64,000 bases of DNA from a virus, in the IMG/VR virus record IMGVR_UViG_3300017917_000601, positions 12,935 through 76,934 of that record; one strand, written 5' to 3'. Of this stretch, positions 47,801-57,900 are shown piece after piece (the stretch's first letter is position 1; each line of letters opens with the position of its first letter). The position numbers and the translations under genes are program-made. The notes beneath the pieces were generated by a model. The model worked only from the letters and a program-made list of their open reading frames with translations. It was not told the origin of the DNA and searched no databases.

Positions 47801-48954
47801 TAAGTAGAATTAACACCGGTAAATGTAAGTGCTTGACTATTACTTGGCGCTCCGTCTGGTGCTCTGTCTAGTATAACTGTGTCAGAAGAGTTTGTTGAAA
47901 CAACTGTTTGTCCTAAAGTAAATCCTTGACCAACAATTACCATTCCTGGCTTAATACCAGTGTTTGTTAATACTTTTACTGTAGTGCCAGTACTTCCGGC
48001 TGCAACATAAGTTGTGCTAACAGAACCTTCAACAGGACTCTGTGCAGTATGATCAAGAACTGCTTCGTATAGTCGACCATTTAATCTAACAATATCGCCA
48101 ACTAGATAAGTGCCACCGTTGTATTCTCCTTTAAAAGAATATCCAGTAGTTAAAAGTTCCCAGTCAGCCGCTTCGATCGATGGAACATTGTTTAGATTAT
48201 TTTCTGTTAAAGAAACATAATCGTATCCGCCGTATGAAACAACTTCGCCTCGTTGATAGGTGATGTTTGATGCCCAAGCCCCAGCAAATTCGATACCAGG
48301 TAACCATAGTGACCAATTAGCTGTAACAAAAGTTGCATCAGCATTATATGTTACACATTTGTATAGGTTAGACTCTAATTTAACAACATCGTTTAGTTTA
48401 TAACGTGTGTTAGCAGACCAAATTCCTTTGTAATCAATACCACTAAAATATAATTCCCAATTTGCTAAATCAGCTTCAAGACCAAGTGTGTTAGTGGCGG
48501 CAGATGTGTGATTTACAATACATTTATAAACGTTACCGCCGTACTTAACTAAATCACCAGCACCGTAGACTCTACTAGTTTGCCAAGCAAGTGTCCAGTT
48601 TAGAGATTCAAAATAATCTCCCCAGTTAGAGGCGTCAGCGGCAAAGTCTGTACTAACGTGAGGAGTAGTTGCATAATACACTCCACCGGCAAAACTAACA
48701 ATATCGCCTAGAGCATAGGCTTGTCCAGTTTGCCAGTCTCCGATCCAACGTTTACCATCAATAATTAATGACCATTTTGGAAATGGTACAGCGTTTAAAT
48801 CTGTATAAAAGTTAGAACTAGAAGTGTTTGGCTCTAAGCATACATAGGCTTTACCTTGAAAGTTTACAACCGCATCTCTGTTATAAAAAGTTGCGGGAGT
48901 CCAACTACCTGCCCATGTAAAACGCAATCTACCAATTTTAAATTCTGACGCCAT
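41821..48954 (-). CDS. Giant fibre/baseplate-associated structural protein (2377 aa), paralogue of the 3039-aa protein
   Basis: Same N-terminal repeats, GGRIRA.NGNSSYG beta-helix, propeller-like repeats and C-terminal domain. Confidence 0.8.
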   Translation of the reverse strand: MASEFKIGRLRFTWAGSWTPATFYNRDAVVNFQGKAYVCLEPNTSSSNFYTDLNAVPFPKWSLIIDGKRWIGDWQTGQAYALGDIVSFAGGVYYATTPHVSTDFAADASNWGDYFESLNWTLAWQTSRVYGAGDLVKYGGNVYKCIVNHTSAATNTLGLEADLANWELYFSGIDYKGIWSANTRYKLNDVVKLESNLYKCVTYNADATFVTANWSLWLPGIEFAGAWASNITYQRGEVVSYGGYDYVSLTENNLNNVPSIEAADWELLTTGYSFKGEYNGGTYLVGDIVRLNGRLYEAVLDHTAQSPVEGSVSTTYVAAGSTGTTVKVLTNTGIKPGMVIVGQGFTLGQTVVSTNSSDTVILDRAPDGAPSNSQALTFTGVNSTYWSLLVPGIRWATKWQPFTQYNVGDIVVWKNNTYLAIQNNNSSLSTVSRPDLDVTNQYWTLYIPHSRKNSLNSFGDLQVYANNEYSAVPIGQENYILKVVGSTPTWSQLHVVPNVLYVAPNGIDRPDYGRTWDQPWKTIAYACSQIINIRGGNVLPVNTAENVTIFVKTGTYKESLPISIPASVAIVGDELRGTVIEPATSVKTFVTSSDETTDKFTCQDTAGMVANMPLQFDAPFVNNVDTAFGGITSGVTYYIVAGSITPTTFSISATLGGPALSLTTGTGRMVVYAGDCLKDMFYMRDGTGLRNMTLSGLMGTLTAEDQYLLRRPTGGAYASLDPGINTTDSSVWITKRSPYVQNVTTFGKGAVGAKIDGTLHAGGNKSIVANDFTQIISDGIGIWCTGPGALTECISVFCYYGYSGYFAEDGGRIRAANGNSSYGTYGVIALGFDSTETPATGTVYNQSSQTQAQVQSAFGTVAQILRLNFSNAGINYNQPTTNLLAYSNEFDNWPTDGNLLENKIYTAPTGISEAWSFTNISNTPGQGYLYENIPVTPTGATYTNLSAVNISGSGVSAVFTVRVTATSYVVTVTNGGSGYVTGNTMYISGSQLGGLNSVNDCIIEVASLAGSTILTVNVTGTVPLGSAQAYTCSIYVKKGTATNVTLEATFSGTDEVISRLNYNLQTGALTPSAASGGLTPTQYGAINVLSGNENSRGWYRIWLAAYDVTGQNNQLQFRVYPTGLNSAESGLFNYFYGSQVEISDSNFTPSFYLEVVGTTKYTSYANYNIIGAGTGVITVGDELRSKSVFQTRISTDSNGITGGSGYLTASNNAQEGDGHVIKIAQSDNNTNANYTGMRIFINSGAGAGQYGYISYYDEGSKDVHILKESFDALPVVSTAATTNLITLANGTTTETLYVDMPVQFIPTYYTTTVTSTSLSQVTVTAAVGGQINTLTVSSTVGLYVNQPVTFTGGVFTTVNPNTIYYIYSIIDSTTIQITEQLFGNVWLLNSGSGNMTMNFTSNTGYVVGNTTNMVVNYPIQFTGNAIGGITVGKVYYVNDIISATGPFNPTGVFSISNALVEVTVTSTSSSTNAFTVVSTNSLVVLNPIVFSEPIIGGTNIIEGQKYYISRIIDATSFQVSSTLTTVTATATQATSNLITVSSTAGFIPNQPVVFTGTTFGNIQAETTYYILAVNNATTFTISQSPGGGALLLTTASGSMITRTAGSPVSLTSGTGGSMLATSTAKKELLSFGIGSMSATFSTALFGGVDIGQDYYITTINAGGGGAPATIQVSETLGGPAITLTSKSGSMNLAQVGWDHFNVGTPIETNLDFTSVYFIEPRTVYSEPDFIASPATLPVNLAPGTSWKDIEYGLNNWMAVPDGNATGAYSTDGSVWLSIALPESQTWSGVAYGNNYWVIISSSDSKAWRSNSNGQGWRSSALPNNGPWTHIKYGNGVFVAISAGTNRAAYSTDYGFSWTSATLPASANWSSIDYGNGIFVAIASGGTVAAYSTNGGASWSSSTLPFSTTWSSIAFGNNLFHAVSSTSSRTAWTFDGSTWYSSNLSIAADIIEYGQGVFTAVKSGSTDVWVTEGGGSWKKKTTNNPYNYGCMSFGFTSTTYNGHFASLSGQGSGVVIQAGAKTKGRALITSGVMTGISEWEPGSNYSTAPTVTFVDPNVTNLAVVTPRLGNGVLSSPSMVNKGSGYNTNSTYVTVSGNGYADQYQTGLTIVVNNLNRLPNPGDSLTIAGNDTIYKVTSAFAVFGTTAPNLEANISISPDMTVALSPENNAQISIRSKYSQARLTNHDFLNIGYGSFETSNYPGIPDSGYVASSQNQTVEANFGRVFYTSTDQDGNFKVGSLFGVQQSTGIVTLSASQFGLTGLETLSLGGISVGGSSVIIKQFSTDGTFTANSDEILPTQKAIKTYLTSRLSQGGSNTFTGQLTAGLVTVGGPNKIGTTVPNGSVKMQNKVNFTGPLAGVDGEMQALEFFMRNSTHRTP

Positions 48955-49008
48955 TTTATAAAATCCTTGTCTTATTTGTTTACTTATCTAAAGTTAACTA
49001 AGCTGTTT

Positions 49009-49383
49009 TTAAGTTACAATTTGTTCTGGTGCATAAGTGTATGCGGAGTTAATTCTAACTATTAGTTCCCCGTTATTATTAATATAGTAATAACAATTTC
49101 TGTTGTCCCAACGATATTGATCCCAATATAAGTTAGGATACGGTCTACTGTGATCACTTTCTAAACGTCCATCAAAGTAATCTACACCGTACTGGAAATT
49201 TTCGTAGTTGTCGTTATTTGATCCAGGAAGATTAACAATAACTGTATCAGTATCTTTTAACTGATCAATTTTAGCAAAGTACAACAACCCAGCTTCGTCT
49301 CTTCTTAGGGCATAAAAAAATCTTGGGTTACCCTCACCTAGTAGAGCTGTTTGGTCTAGCTCGCCGCCAATATAGTATGTCAT
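49009..49383 (-). CDS. Small Tyr-rich virion adaptor-like protein
   Basis: FFYALRRDEAGLLYF...YYYINNNGELIVRI. Confidence 0.65.
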   Translation of the reverse strand: MTYYIGGELDQTALLGEGNPRFFYALRRDEAGLLYFAKIDQLKDTDTVIVNLPGSNNDNYENFQYGVDYFDGRLESDHSRPYPNLYWDQYRWDNRNCYYYINNNGELIVRINSAYTYAPEQIVT

Positions 49384-49393
49384 ATTTTATTCC

Positions 49394-49732
49394 TTAAATA
49401 ATTTCCACAAAACTTGCTACCAAGTCTAAACTACTGGCAACGTTAGATTTAATATAAACTTTCATATCACCGGCTAGAACTAATTTTTCACCACCGTTAA
49501 TAACTCGCAAACTTTGATTTGGCGGTACCACTACTTCTTTAATGTAGTAAGCAGACTCGTCTGGGTTTGTAGCTGTGTTGACTAGTCTTATTGATGCTAG
49601 CACAATGCCTTCTGTTAAGTTTGTTAAACTTAGGCCAATAACTGTTACTCGAGAATTAGTATCAACACTGATAACTTCAACTTCAGTAGTTCCGATCTGT
49701 GCTTGTAATTTGTTTCTAAAAAAGGTTGCCAT
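49394..49732 (-). CDS. Small beta-rich virion connector-like protein
   Basis: MATFFRN...TVIGLSLTN...VVPPNQSL...KLVL...SLD...SFVEI. Confidence 0.65.
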   Translation of the reverse strand: MATFFRNKLQAQIGTTEVEVISVDTNSRVTVIGLSLTNLTEGIVLASIRLVNTATNPDESAYYIKEVVVPPNQSLRVINGGEKLVLAGDMKVYIKSNVASSLDLVASFVEII

Positions 49733-49737
49733 AATTA

Positions 49738-52700
49738 TTATCCAAATAGTAAAGCAGATACAATACCAATATCTTGTGCTTGTGTTATGTTAATACCAAT
49801 ACTAGTACCTGCACTGTTAATCCACTGTGTTCCGTTCCATACTTCTACATACTTATAGAATGTATTAAATCTTACCATTCCAGTTTCTGGAACTGTAGGT
49901 AGTTGTGTTAGATCTCCTGAAGGAATTACAACACCATTAGTGCCTTGAATCTTAACATATCCGTCTCCGGATTGTACAAACTCTGTAATCGCTCCAGATA
50001 CTACGTTAGTAATTGAGTTAGTTCTAACTCTCAGGTTGTCAATTTTTACACCGCCAGTACCAGTTGTGCTAATATTAATATCTGCGTTTGTGTTAATAGC
50101 TGTGATGCTGTTGTTTTCAATGTTAATACCAGTTGTTTGAAACTTTTGTGTAAACAACTTATCGCTATCAATAGTAGCTGTTAGATTTCCGTCAGCATAA
50201 AAATATAAAATATTTTCGTTAGCGCCAGGTGCTGATTCAGCAAGTATCTTAGTATTACCATCTAAGTCAGTAACTCCGCTTAACTGTAACCACTGGTTGT
50301 ATGTTGCGTTATAACCTTCATATCTACTTAGTGTAGTATTATAACGAATCATTCCGTTAATCGGAGTTGCTGGCCTTTCTGCTGTAGTACCAACTGGTAT
50401 AATTAAACTTTGGTCACTGTTAATTACTACACTTCCAGAACCCTGCGGTTGTAGAACAATATCTTGATTAGTTTGAGTGGATTTAAAAGTATTATCAGTT
50501 ACACGAATATTTTCAAATACTACGTCACCAGTACCGTTGCCCTGTAACTGTAAGTCAGTATTGGCAGTTATAACTTCAACTAGTGTACCAGAAATTTTAA
50601 TATCTGATAACTCTAAATAACCTGTACCAGTAATATTTCCAGTTACTTGTGCTAGGCCGCTGGTTGTAAAATTACCAGTTTGATTAATATCACCAGTTTG
50701 ATCAATGTTTCCTGTGATGTTAGTTGTCTGTAAACTAGTAATACCAGTAGTGACTGTTAGGTCACCTCCTACTGATAAGTCTTGTGTTATTTCTACATCG
50801 TTAGTTGGAACTGAGATGATTCCGGTACCGTTGGCTTTAAGTTCAAGATTGCTATTTGTAAGAGTTGTAGTGATGTAATTGTCATCAATTAATATATCGC
50901 CAGTACTAAATGAGTTTGCAGTTATAGAAGTAGTAACATTTAAGTCACCAATTGTTGCAACACCGTTAACTGTTAAGTCTTGGTCAAATAATACGTCATT
51001 TGTTGGGACATAGATCTTACCATCTAGCGCGGCTTTAAGCTCTAAGTCTGTTAAGGCAATAGTTGTAGAAATAATATTGCCGTCGATCTTAATATTTTCA
51101 AACTGTGCATAACTGCCAACAGTTAGGCTTCCAGTGATTTCAGTGTCGCCGGTTTGTGTATATGTTCCAGTCTGATTTACATTACCGACGTGAGTAATTG
51201 TACCATTTACATTTACATCGTCTAGGGTTGTTGTTCCATTAACTGTTAAATTTTGTGTTATTTCTACATCACTTGTTGATACAAGAACTTTGCCTGTACC
51301 GGCTGCATCTAATGTTAAATTATCATTTCCACTTGTAGTAATAGAGTTATTGTCAATTACTAAACCGTCAATCTCAGCTTTGTTTACATAAACATTGGCC
51401 CAACGTAACAATGTTGTTCCTAAATCATATGTGTTGTTAGTTGATGGTACTAAATTGCTGTTAATGCTACCAACAAAGTTGATATTGTCAGAACTTTGAT
51501 CACCAATTTGAATGTTTCCGCCAATAGTTACATCGCCGGTAACGTCTAAGTTACCTGTAACAAATGTATTATTCTGTAAATTAATTGCGCCACTGGCCGC
51601 AGTAACATTAACATCACCAGTTAGGCTTTCAATAGTATTACCACTAATTCTTAAATTACCAGTGTCAATGTTTGTTGCTGTAACAGTAGTTGTGTTTGTT
51701 CCGTCACTAAACGTAATACCAGATAGGCTAGTAACACTTAAGGCTTGTCCGTCAAACAGTACGTCACCTGTTTTTTGATTTACATAAAAACTGTCGCCAA
51801 CACGGAAGTTACCTTCGTTGTCAACGCTAGTATAGTAGATCTGTGCGCCGTTTAGTTCAACGACTTCGTTAGCCTGTATAGTGTCATTTGGATCGTTAGT
51901 TGCTTTCTTTCCAGCGCCGATGTAAGCATAGTTTTGACTGATTAGGTAAGCAACGACACCTTGTCCATCACCGTAAGTGCCGTAGTTACCGTAGATGTTG
52001 GCTGAACCAATACTACGAATTTCAGCACCAAAATCTGAATAGTCAGCAAAATCAATTAACTGTGCAGTGCCTCCGCTAGTTGTCCTAATGTCTTGGAAGG
52101 TAATACCGTCATCAATAAACGTAGTCGAGTTATCTGTGCCATCAAAATGTAACAATAGGACAGTACTCAAATCGCTTGTTAGTTGTGCTGTAGGAACAGC
52201 AAAGTTAGACGTGTACTTTGAGACACCTTTAGTAATCCTTACGTCGTCAATATATCCGTTAAGATTTCCTGCAAGACCGTCAAACCGAGAACCAATTGTT
52301 AAGGGACTTTGAATATAATCTGTAGTATCAGTCCAAGTTGAACCAACCTGTGTTCCGTTGAAATATAGTTTTGTTGAGTCTCCGCTTCGTGACAAAGCTA
52401 CGTGGTGCCAGGCCCCTGTACTTACTGTTGTTCCGGTAATTCTTATTGATCCGTTAACATAATAGTTAAGTGTATTTGTAGTACTAATATAAATTAATGG
52501 TGCGTTCTGTGTAAGGCTACTTCTAAAATCTAAAATATTATGTTGTAAATTAGAAACATTTCTATAGACCCAACATTCAATAGTGAAATCTCCTGAAATT
52601 CCAGGATCGTCACTAATATCGTTATTTCCGTGAATTAACAATATTGAACTAACGTCTGGTGTAAATGCAGAAGACGGAACTGTGAATGCTCCGGTATATC

Positions 52701-54864
52701 TTGCAGTATTGCTTATCCTAATTTCGTCAACATATCCATTAAAGTATGCAGTGTTATTAAAATAACTGCCAATAGTAACTGTTGAAGTAGTATAACTTTG
52801 TCCGTCTACATACGACCCCACCGACGTTCCATTGAGATAAATGTTTGTTGTTCCACTATTTCTAACTAATGCTACGTGATTCCATGCGTTCGCGGTTCCT
52901 GATGTAGCAACATTTATTCGAGTTGCGCCACCAACATAGTATTGGATATTGTTATTTGTAAATAACAAAATACCGTTGTTACCGGCACTAGCACTTCTAA
53001 AATCAAAAATACAATGTGCGCCTGTTGCTGTGTTTCGATAAATCCACGCTTCTGCGGTAAAATCTCCAGCTCCAAAAGCAAAGTCAGAACTAGATGCGAC
53101 TGTGAGTTTGTCGCCAGTACCGTCAAATCTAATGCTGGACCCACCAAATTTACTTTGTGCAGAACTTACAACAGCATCACCAGTGACAGTGATAGTTTTC
53201 TCGAGTCGCACTGGTGGTCCAAACTTGAAATCTGGATTACTTGGTACAGTAGCATAGTCGCCAGATCCGTCTAATGATAAACTTGCTGTTCCAAACTTTT
53301 TAATGATTGTAGATAGCTTGGCTCCGCCTTGTGCATAAACTGTTTTACCTGCACGATCTGTAATTGTTTGAAAACCAAGTTGGCGACCGGTTAAATTAAC
53401 ATAATTTCCATCTTTACTAGCAATAGTACCGCTGGCTAAAACTGTAGTACCGTCGGTGTCGTAATATGTTAGTGTATCACCGACTGCAAATGTACCTGTT
53501 TGATTATCGATACGTAATCTTGTTTGGCCTTGATTTGCAAAACCTGCGGCATTTGAGTAAGCGTAGATGCCTTTGTCAGCAAAGTATGTAAAGCTGTTTA
53601 ACCATTCAATACGAACACCGTTTGTTGCTACGATAGTTTCTTGGTTAGGTGTGATAAATGTAACGCTATGGAACAGCATTGACGCTTCTTTGCTAGATGC
53701 ATTTGCTACACTACCGTCAATGTAAGCACCTTTACCTGCATCATTTTGATCAAACCCGTAAGGATCGCCTGCACTTGTTACGCTACCTTTAGTAATAACA
53801 GTTATGTTACGAATGTATGGGCTTCTGCTAGTTACAGTTAACCCTGATGCAAATTTAAAAGCGTAACCAGTATTGTTGCCAGAGTCAAAGAAATAATCTG
53901 CAATAGTTAAATCTTCAACAGTTGTTTCGCCGTTTAGTAAGAAACAGTCTTTGTTATTAGTTGCAAGTGTTGGAACAATTTTAACTGCACGAATTCCTGC
54001 ACCTTTAACAGTTACACCTGCGGGTACAGTTAATGGAAATTGTTCTTGGTAAGTACCGGCGTGAATATAAACAGTATCACCAGCGGTTGCTTGAGTTAAG
54101 GCAAACTTAACGGTTAAGTATGGATCGTTTGGGTGTGTACCAGTGTTACCGTCCGACCCGGTTGTAGCTACAAAGTAAGTATTTCCAGGCTCTAGTAGTA
54201 GATCAATGCCGCCAGCGGTAATTGTATTAGCATTTACTGTATTAGCAAATACATCTTTAATGTAAGCATTGCGCCATTCTTTTCCGCCAGTTGCAGGATC
54301 AGTACCTAAATCAAATGTGTTTGTAGTGTTTGGTACAATGTTGCTGTTAATATCTGCATTAAATGTAATATTATCAGTATTTGCATCACCAATGTTAATG
54401 TCACCGTCTGCTGTAATTGTACCAGTTGCGTGTAGGTCACCAAATACTTCAACGTTAGCATTGATGTTAACTTTACCTGTTCCTGTAGTACGAATTTCTA
54501 AGTCAGTATTTGTGCCTAGTGTTTCAATTACATTTGTGGAAAGTTGTAAGTCACCTGTTTGTAGTTTACCTTGATAAACAACAGGGTTTGTGCCTGATGG
54601 TTCTAAGTTAATAGTTCCATCAGAACTTGAAATTGTATTACCTTGGATATTGATTGTTGCAATATCCGCTTCAGTAGTTACTTCTAAATTTGTAGTACGT
54701 GTTGTACCATTTACGGTTAAGTCGTGCGTTGGGTTGGCTGTTTTAATACCAATTCGGCCATTAATAACATCTAAGAATAAGAGGTCGGTCTCAAAAGCCA
54801 GATTTACCCCGTCACGAAGCAAATTCGCCTTTAAGAGCGGACCAGAAATACGACCAATAGCCAT
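49738..54864 (-). CDS. Large fibre protein with beta-helix and nested LamG/concanavalin-like domains (1708 aa)
   Basis: MAIGRISGPLL; KFG.SS..FDG.GD, GDFT.E.W.Y, W.HVAL.R, GY.D..RI (two copies); GMIRYNT repeats. Confidence 0.8.
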   Translation of the reverse strand: MAIGRISGPLLKANLLRDGVNLAFETDLLFLDVINGRIGIKTANPTHDLTVNGTTRTTNLEVTTEADIATINIQGNTISSSDGTINLEPSGTNPVVYQGKLQTGDLQLSTNVIETLGTNTDLEIRTTGTGKVNINANVEVFGDLHATGTITADGDINIGDANTDNITFNADINSNIVPNTTNTFDLGTDPATGGKEWRNAYIKDVFANTVNANTITAGGIDLLLEPGNTYFVATTGSDGNTGTHPNDPYLTVKFALTQATAGDTVYIHAGTYQEQFPLTVPAGVTVKGAGIRAVKIVPTLATNNKDCFLLNGETTVEDLTIADYFFDSGNNTGYAFKFASGLTVTSRSPYIRNITVITKGSVTSAGDPYGFDQNDAGKGAYIDGSVANASSKEASMLFHSVTFITPNQETIVATNGVRIEWLNSFTYFADKGIYAYSNAAGFANQGQTRLRIDNQTGTFAVGDTLTYYDTDGTTVLASGTIASKDGNYVNLTGRQLGFQTITDRAGKTVYAQGGAKLSTIIKKFGTASLSLDGSGDYATVPSNPDFKFGPPVRLEKTITVTGDAVVSSAQSKFGGSSIRFDGTGDKLTVASSSDFAFGAGDFTAEAWIYRNTATGAHCIFDFRSASAGNNGILLFTNNNIQYYVGGATRINVATSGTANAWNHVALVRNSGTTNIYLNGTSVGSYVDGQSYTTSTVTIGSYFNNTAYFNGYVDEIRISNTARYTGAFTVPSSAFTPDVSSILLIHGNNDISDDPGISGDFTIECWVYRNVSNLQHNILDFRSSLTQNAPLIYISTTNTLNYYVNGSIRITGTTVSTGAWHHVALSRSGDSTKLYFNGTQVGSTWTDTTDYIQSPLTIGSRFDGLAGNLNGYIDDVRITKGVSKYTSNFAVPTAQLTSDLSTVLLLHFDGTDNSTTFIDDGITFQDIRTTSGGTAQLIDFADYSDFGAEIRSIGSANIYGNYGTYGDGQGVVAYLISQNYAYIGAGKKATNDPNDTIQANEVVELNGAQIYYTSVDNEGNFRVGDSFYVNQKTGDVLFDGQALSVTSLSGITFSDGTNTTTVTATNIDTGNLRISGNTIESLTGDVNVTAASGAINLQNNTFVTGNLDVTGDVTIGGNIQIGDQSSDNINFVGSINSNLVPSTNNTYDLGTTLLRWANVYVNKAEIDGLVIDNNSITTSGNDNLTLDAAGTGKVLVSTSDVEITQNLTVNGTTTLDDVNVNGTITHVGNVNQTGTYTQTGDTEITGSLTVGSYAQFENIKIDGNIISTTIALTDLELKAALDGKIYVPTNDVLFDQDLTVNGVATIGDLNVTTSITANSFSTGDILIDDNYITTTLTNSNLELKANGTGIISVPTNDVEITQDLSVGGDLTVTTGITSLQTTNITGNIDQTGDINQTGNFTTSGLAQVTGNITGTGYLELSDIKISGTLVEVITANTDLQLQGNGTGDVVFENIRVTDNTFKSTQTNQDIVLQPQGSGSVVINSDQSLIIPVGTTAERPATPINGMIRYNTTLSRYEGYNATYNQWLQLSGVTDLDGNTKILAESAPGANENILYFYADGNLTATIDSDKLFTQKFQTTGINIENNSITAINTNADINISTTGTGGVKIDNLRVRTNSITNVVSGAITEFVQSGDGYVKIQGTNGVVIPSGDLTQLPTVPETGMVRFNTFYKYVEVWNGTQWINSAGTSIGINITQAQDIGIVSALLFG

Positions 54865-54969
54865 CAGCTCTCCTTAACCCCGTGTTTCACGGTTAACCAC
54901 CTTACATTGCGGGTTTACCACAGTTTAATATCGTAAACCCTTGGTCAGAGCTTACAGTAATAGTATTTA
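54865..54969 (-). ncRNA. Putative structured cis-regulatory leader RNA
   Basis: Late core CTAAATA followed by about 95 nt with four complementary segment pairs, one overlapping the RBS. Confidence 0.5.
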
Positions 54970-54983
54970 GCTGATTTTGGTTT

Positions 54984-57900
54984 TTAGCCTAGAATGAACG
55001 CCCACAAATTGGTTTCTGCTTGGATTTCTTCTTCTGTGGCGGCTGAGCTAGCACCAGATGTTGATATCCATCCAGTACCATCATAGATTTCCATTAGTCC
55101 TCGATCTGAGTTAAATCTTAGCTCACCTAGTTCTGGTAATAGTCTGCGTTCTAATTCTGTACCGGAAGGGAAAACAACAGCACCAGTACCGGAGAATTTT
55201 ACGTAGCCAGGGCCAGTACTAGCTAACACAAACGGGTCGTTTGTTGTATTTTCAATAGTAGAGTCTTTAAACAACACACTGTTGATGTTTACAGTTCCTG
55301 TACCGTTTGATGTTATTTCTAAATTGTTTGCTGGAACTGCATTAGAAATAGTACTTGAGCTAATTCTTACATTATCTGCTTGCAGTGTATTTGAGTTAAC
55401 ACTAGTAGACGATATTGTTGCTCTTAGTGATCCGTTTACGCTAAATTCTAAAATATTGTTGTTAAAGCCTGGGTATTCCTCTGCTCTAATAAATGTGTTT
55501 CCGTCAGTATCATAGATGTCGGTGAAACTTACTACACCAAACGGTGTCCAGCCCTCGTATCGTTTTGTTGTACTGTTCTGTCTTATTTCACCAACACTTT
55601 CTAATAAAGCATTACTATTGTTTCCGTAGGGTATAGCAATAGCTTTATTAGAATTAATAATTGCATTTCCTGTACCGTTGGGTTCAAAGATAATAGACAA
55701 ATCTCTATCGCCCTTTAAGTCCGCAAGATAAAAATCTCCGTTTTCAGTTAATAGTAATTGTCCGTCTTCTGTAGATAACAAATTGTTAAAAGATAATGCA
55801 ATGTCATTAGTGTCAAATATGTTACTGATAACATTATTTGTAATCTTTAATTGTTTTGCAAAAGATACACCGCCAGTTCCAGCCGCAGAAAAATTTAAAT
55901 CAGTGTTTAAACTTGTAGTCCTAATTACTGTACCTTCAATCCTAATATTAGGAACTTCAAAATAAGATGGCGATACAATCTTAATGTTGTTATTATTAAA
56001 ATCTCCTATTATATAAAGATTACCAGTTTGGTCAATATCTCCAATAATAGTTGTTGTATCGTTAATTTCTGTATTTTTAAGGTTAGTTGTTCCGCTTACA
56101 GTTAACTGATCAGTGATTGTTAAATTGTTAGCAACGTCAACGTCATTTGTTGGAACTAGAACTTTTCCTGTTCCGTTAGCTTGTAGGATAAGGTTTTGAT
56201 CTACACCTAACGTAGTAATATAATTGTCGTTTATATAGACACTGCTAATTGTAAAGTCATCTGCTACAACAGTATCTACACCAACTATACTGTTGAAATT
56301 ACCTACTCCAAAAACATCTAAATTGTTGGTAATTTCAACATCGCTATCTAAAACTTTTACTAAACTACCTGTAGCAGATAATATTAAATCATTATTACTG
56401 TCTGTAGTAGTAATAACATTGTCTATAATTGATATGTCTTCAAGTTGTATTTCACTAGTTGAACCGCTTACATCTAAGTAACCAGACATGTTAGTATCGC
56501 CAGTTCTTAGAGTGTTACCAACTTGGTTAGTGTCGCCTATCTGTACTATATCAGCAGGAGTCAATACTGTGCCAATATTAGTATCTACAAGGTTAGTAGT
56601 TGTACTAACTTTTAAATTTTGTGTAATTTCAACATCTGAAGCTGTGATTTCAACAATACCTGTTCCGCCAGCATTTATTATTAGATCAGTATTGGCGGCA
56701 ATGGTCTTAATAGTATTGCTATCAATTTCAGTTACACCATCAATGTCAAGACGTCCTGTAAATAGGTCGTCCCAACGTTTTGGATCAATGCCGTTATCAG
56801 TTCCTAAAGTGTAAGTGTTAGTTGTCTTAGGAACAATGTTTTGTGTTAGATCTGGAGCAATCGTAATGAGGTCAAGAGGATTGTTGCCTAGATATACCGT
56901 ACCTTTTACAATAGTGTTGCCAGTAATTGAAGTGTTGCCGGTGACAAACACATCAGTGTTTAGATAAGTTGAGCCGCTAAATGCTGATACGTTAACTGGG
57001 CCTGCTAGAGATAGTATAGTATTTCCAGCAAATCTAATGTTTCCAGTTTGAACATAATCTTTGTTTATAACTGTAGTACTAGTTGGGCTTTCTAGTGTTA
57101 TGTTACCTTGGGCACCTAGATCAATGCTCTGTGCATCAAAACTAACTTCGCCAGTTTCTTGATTAACATAGAAGATATCGCCCACACGATAGTCACCTTT
57201 GTGGTCCATACTATCGTAGTAGATTTCTCCGTTGTTTAACTCTACTACTTCGTTAGCCTGTACTACAGTAGTTCTATCGTTAAGGGTGTTTGCGCCGGAC
57301 CCTATGTATCCAAAATTGTGACCTATTAGATAACCTAATGTGTCGGCGCCATCTGCTACTGCACCATATGTACCATAGACGTTAGCACTGTTAATACTAC
57401 GCATCTCTGCCCCAAATATGGTTCCTTGACTTGCACGACCTAAACTACCTTGTTTTAGATAAATGCCTCGTTTTGCATAATATGTAAAGCTGTTTAACCA
57501 TTCTACTCTAACACCGTTAAGTGCTGTAATGCCATCTTGATTTGGTGTTATAAAAGTTGTAGCAAAAAACAAGCCGGTTGGAGGAACTGTGCTAGTTGAG
57601 TCTGCAACGCTACCGTCTAAGTATGCGCCGCCGCCTGCATCGCCTTGATTAAATCCCAACGGATCTGCTAAAGATGTAACTGATCCTTTTGTTATAACCG
57701 TTACATTATAAATGTAGGGGCTTCTTAAAACAGTTTTAAAATTATTAGCAAATCTAAAAGCATAGCCAGTGTTGTTTACCGAATCGTGGAAAAAATTTTG
57801 AATCGTCAAGTACTGAACTGTACTATCGCCGTTTAGTAAAAAACAATCTTTGTTATTAGTTCCAACAGTTGGTTCAATTGTTACGGATCTAATTCCTGTA

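Noticed and set aside
54865-54969. Hammerhead/twister ribozyme or c-di-GMP riboswitch
   Set aside because: CUGACCA does not fit the CUGANGA core, and other consensus elements are missing; kept only as an unclassified structured leader.
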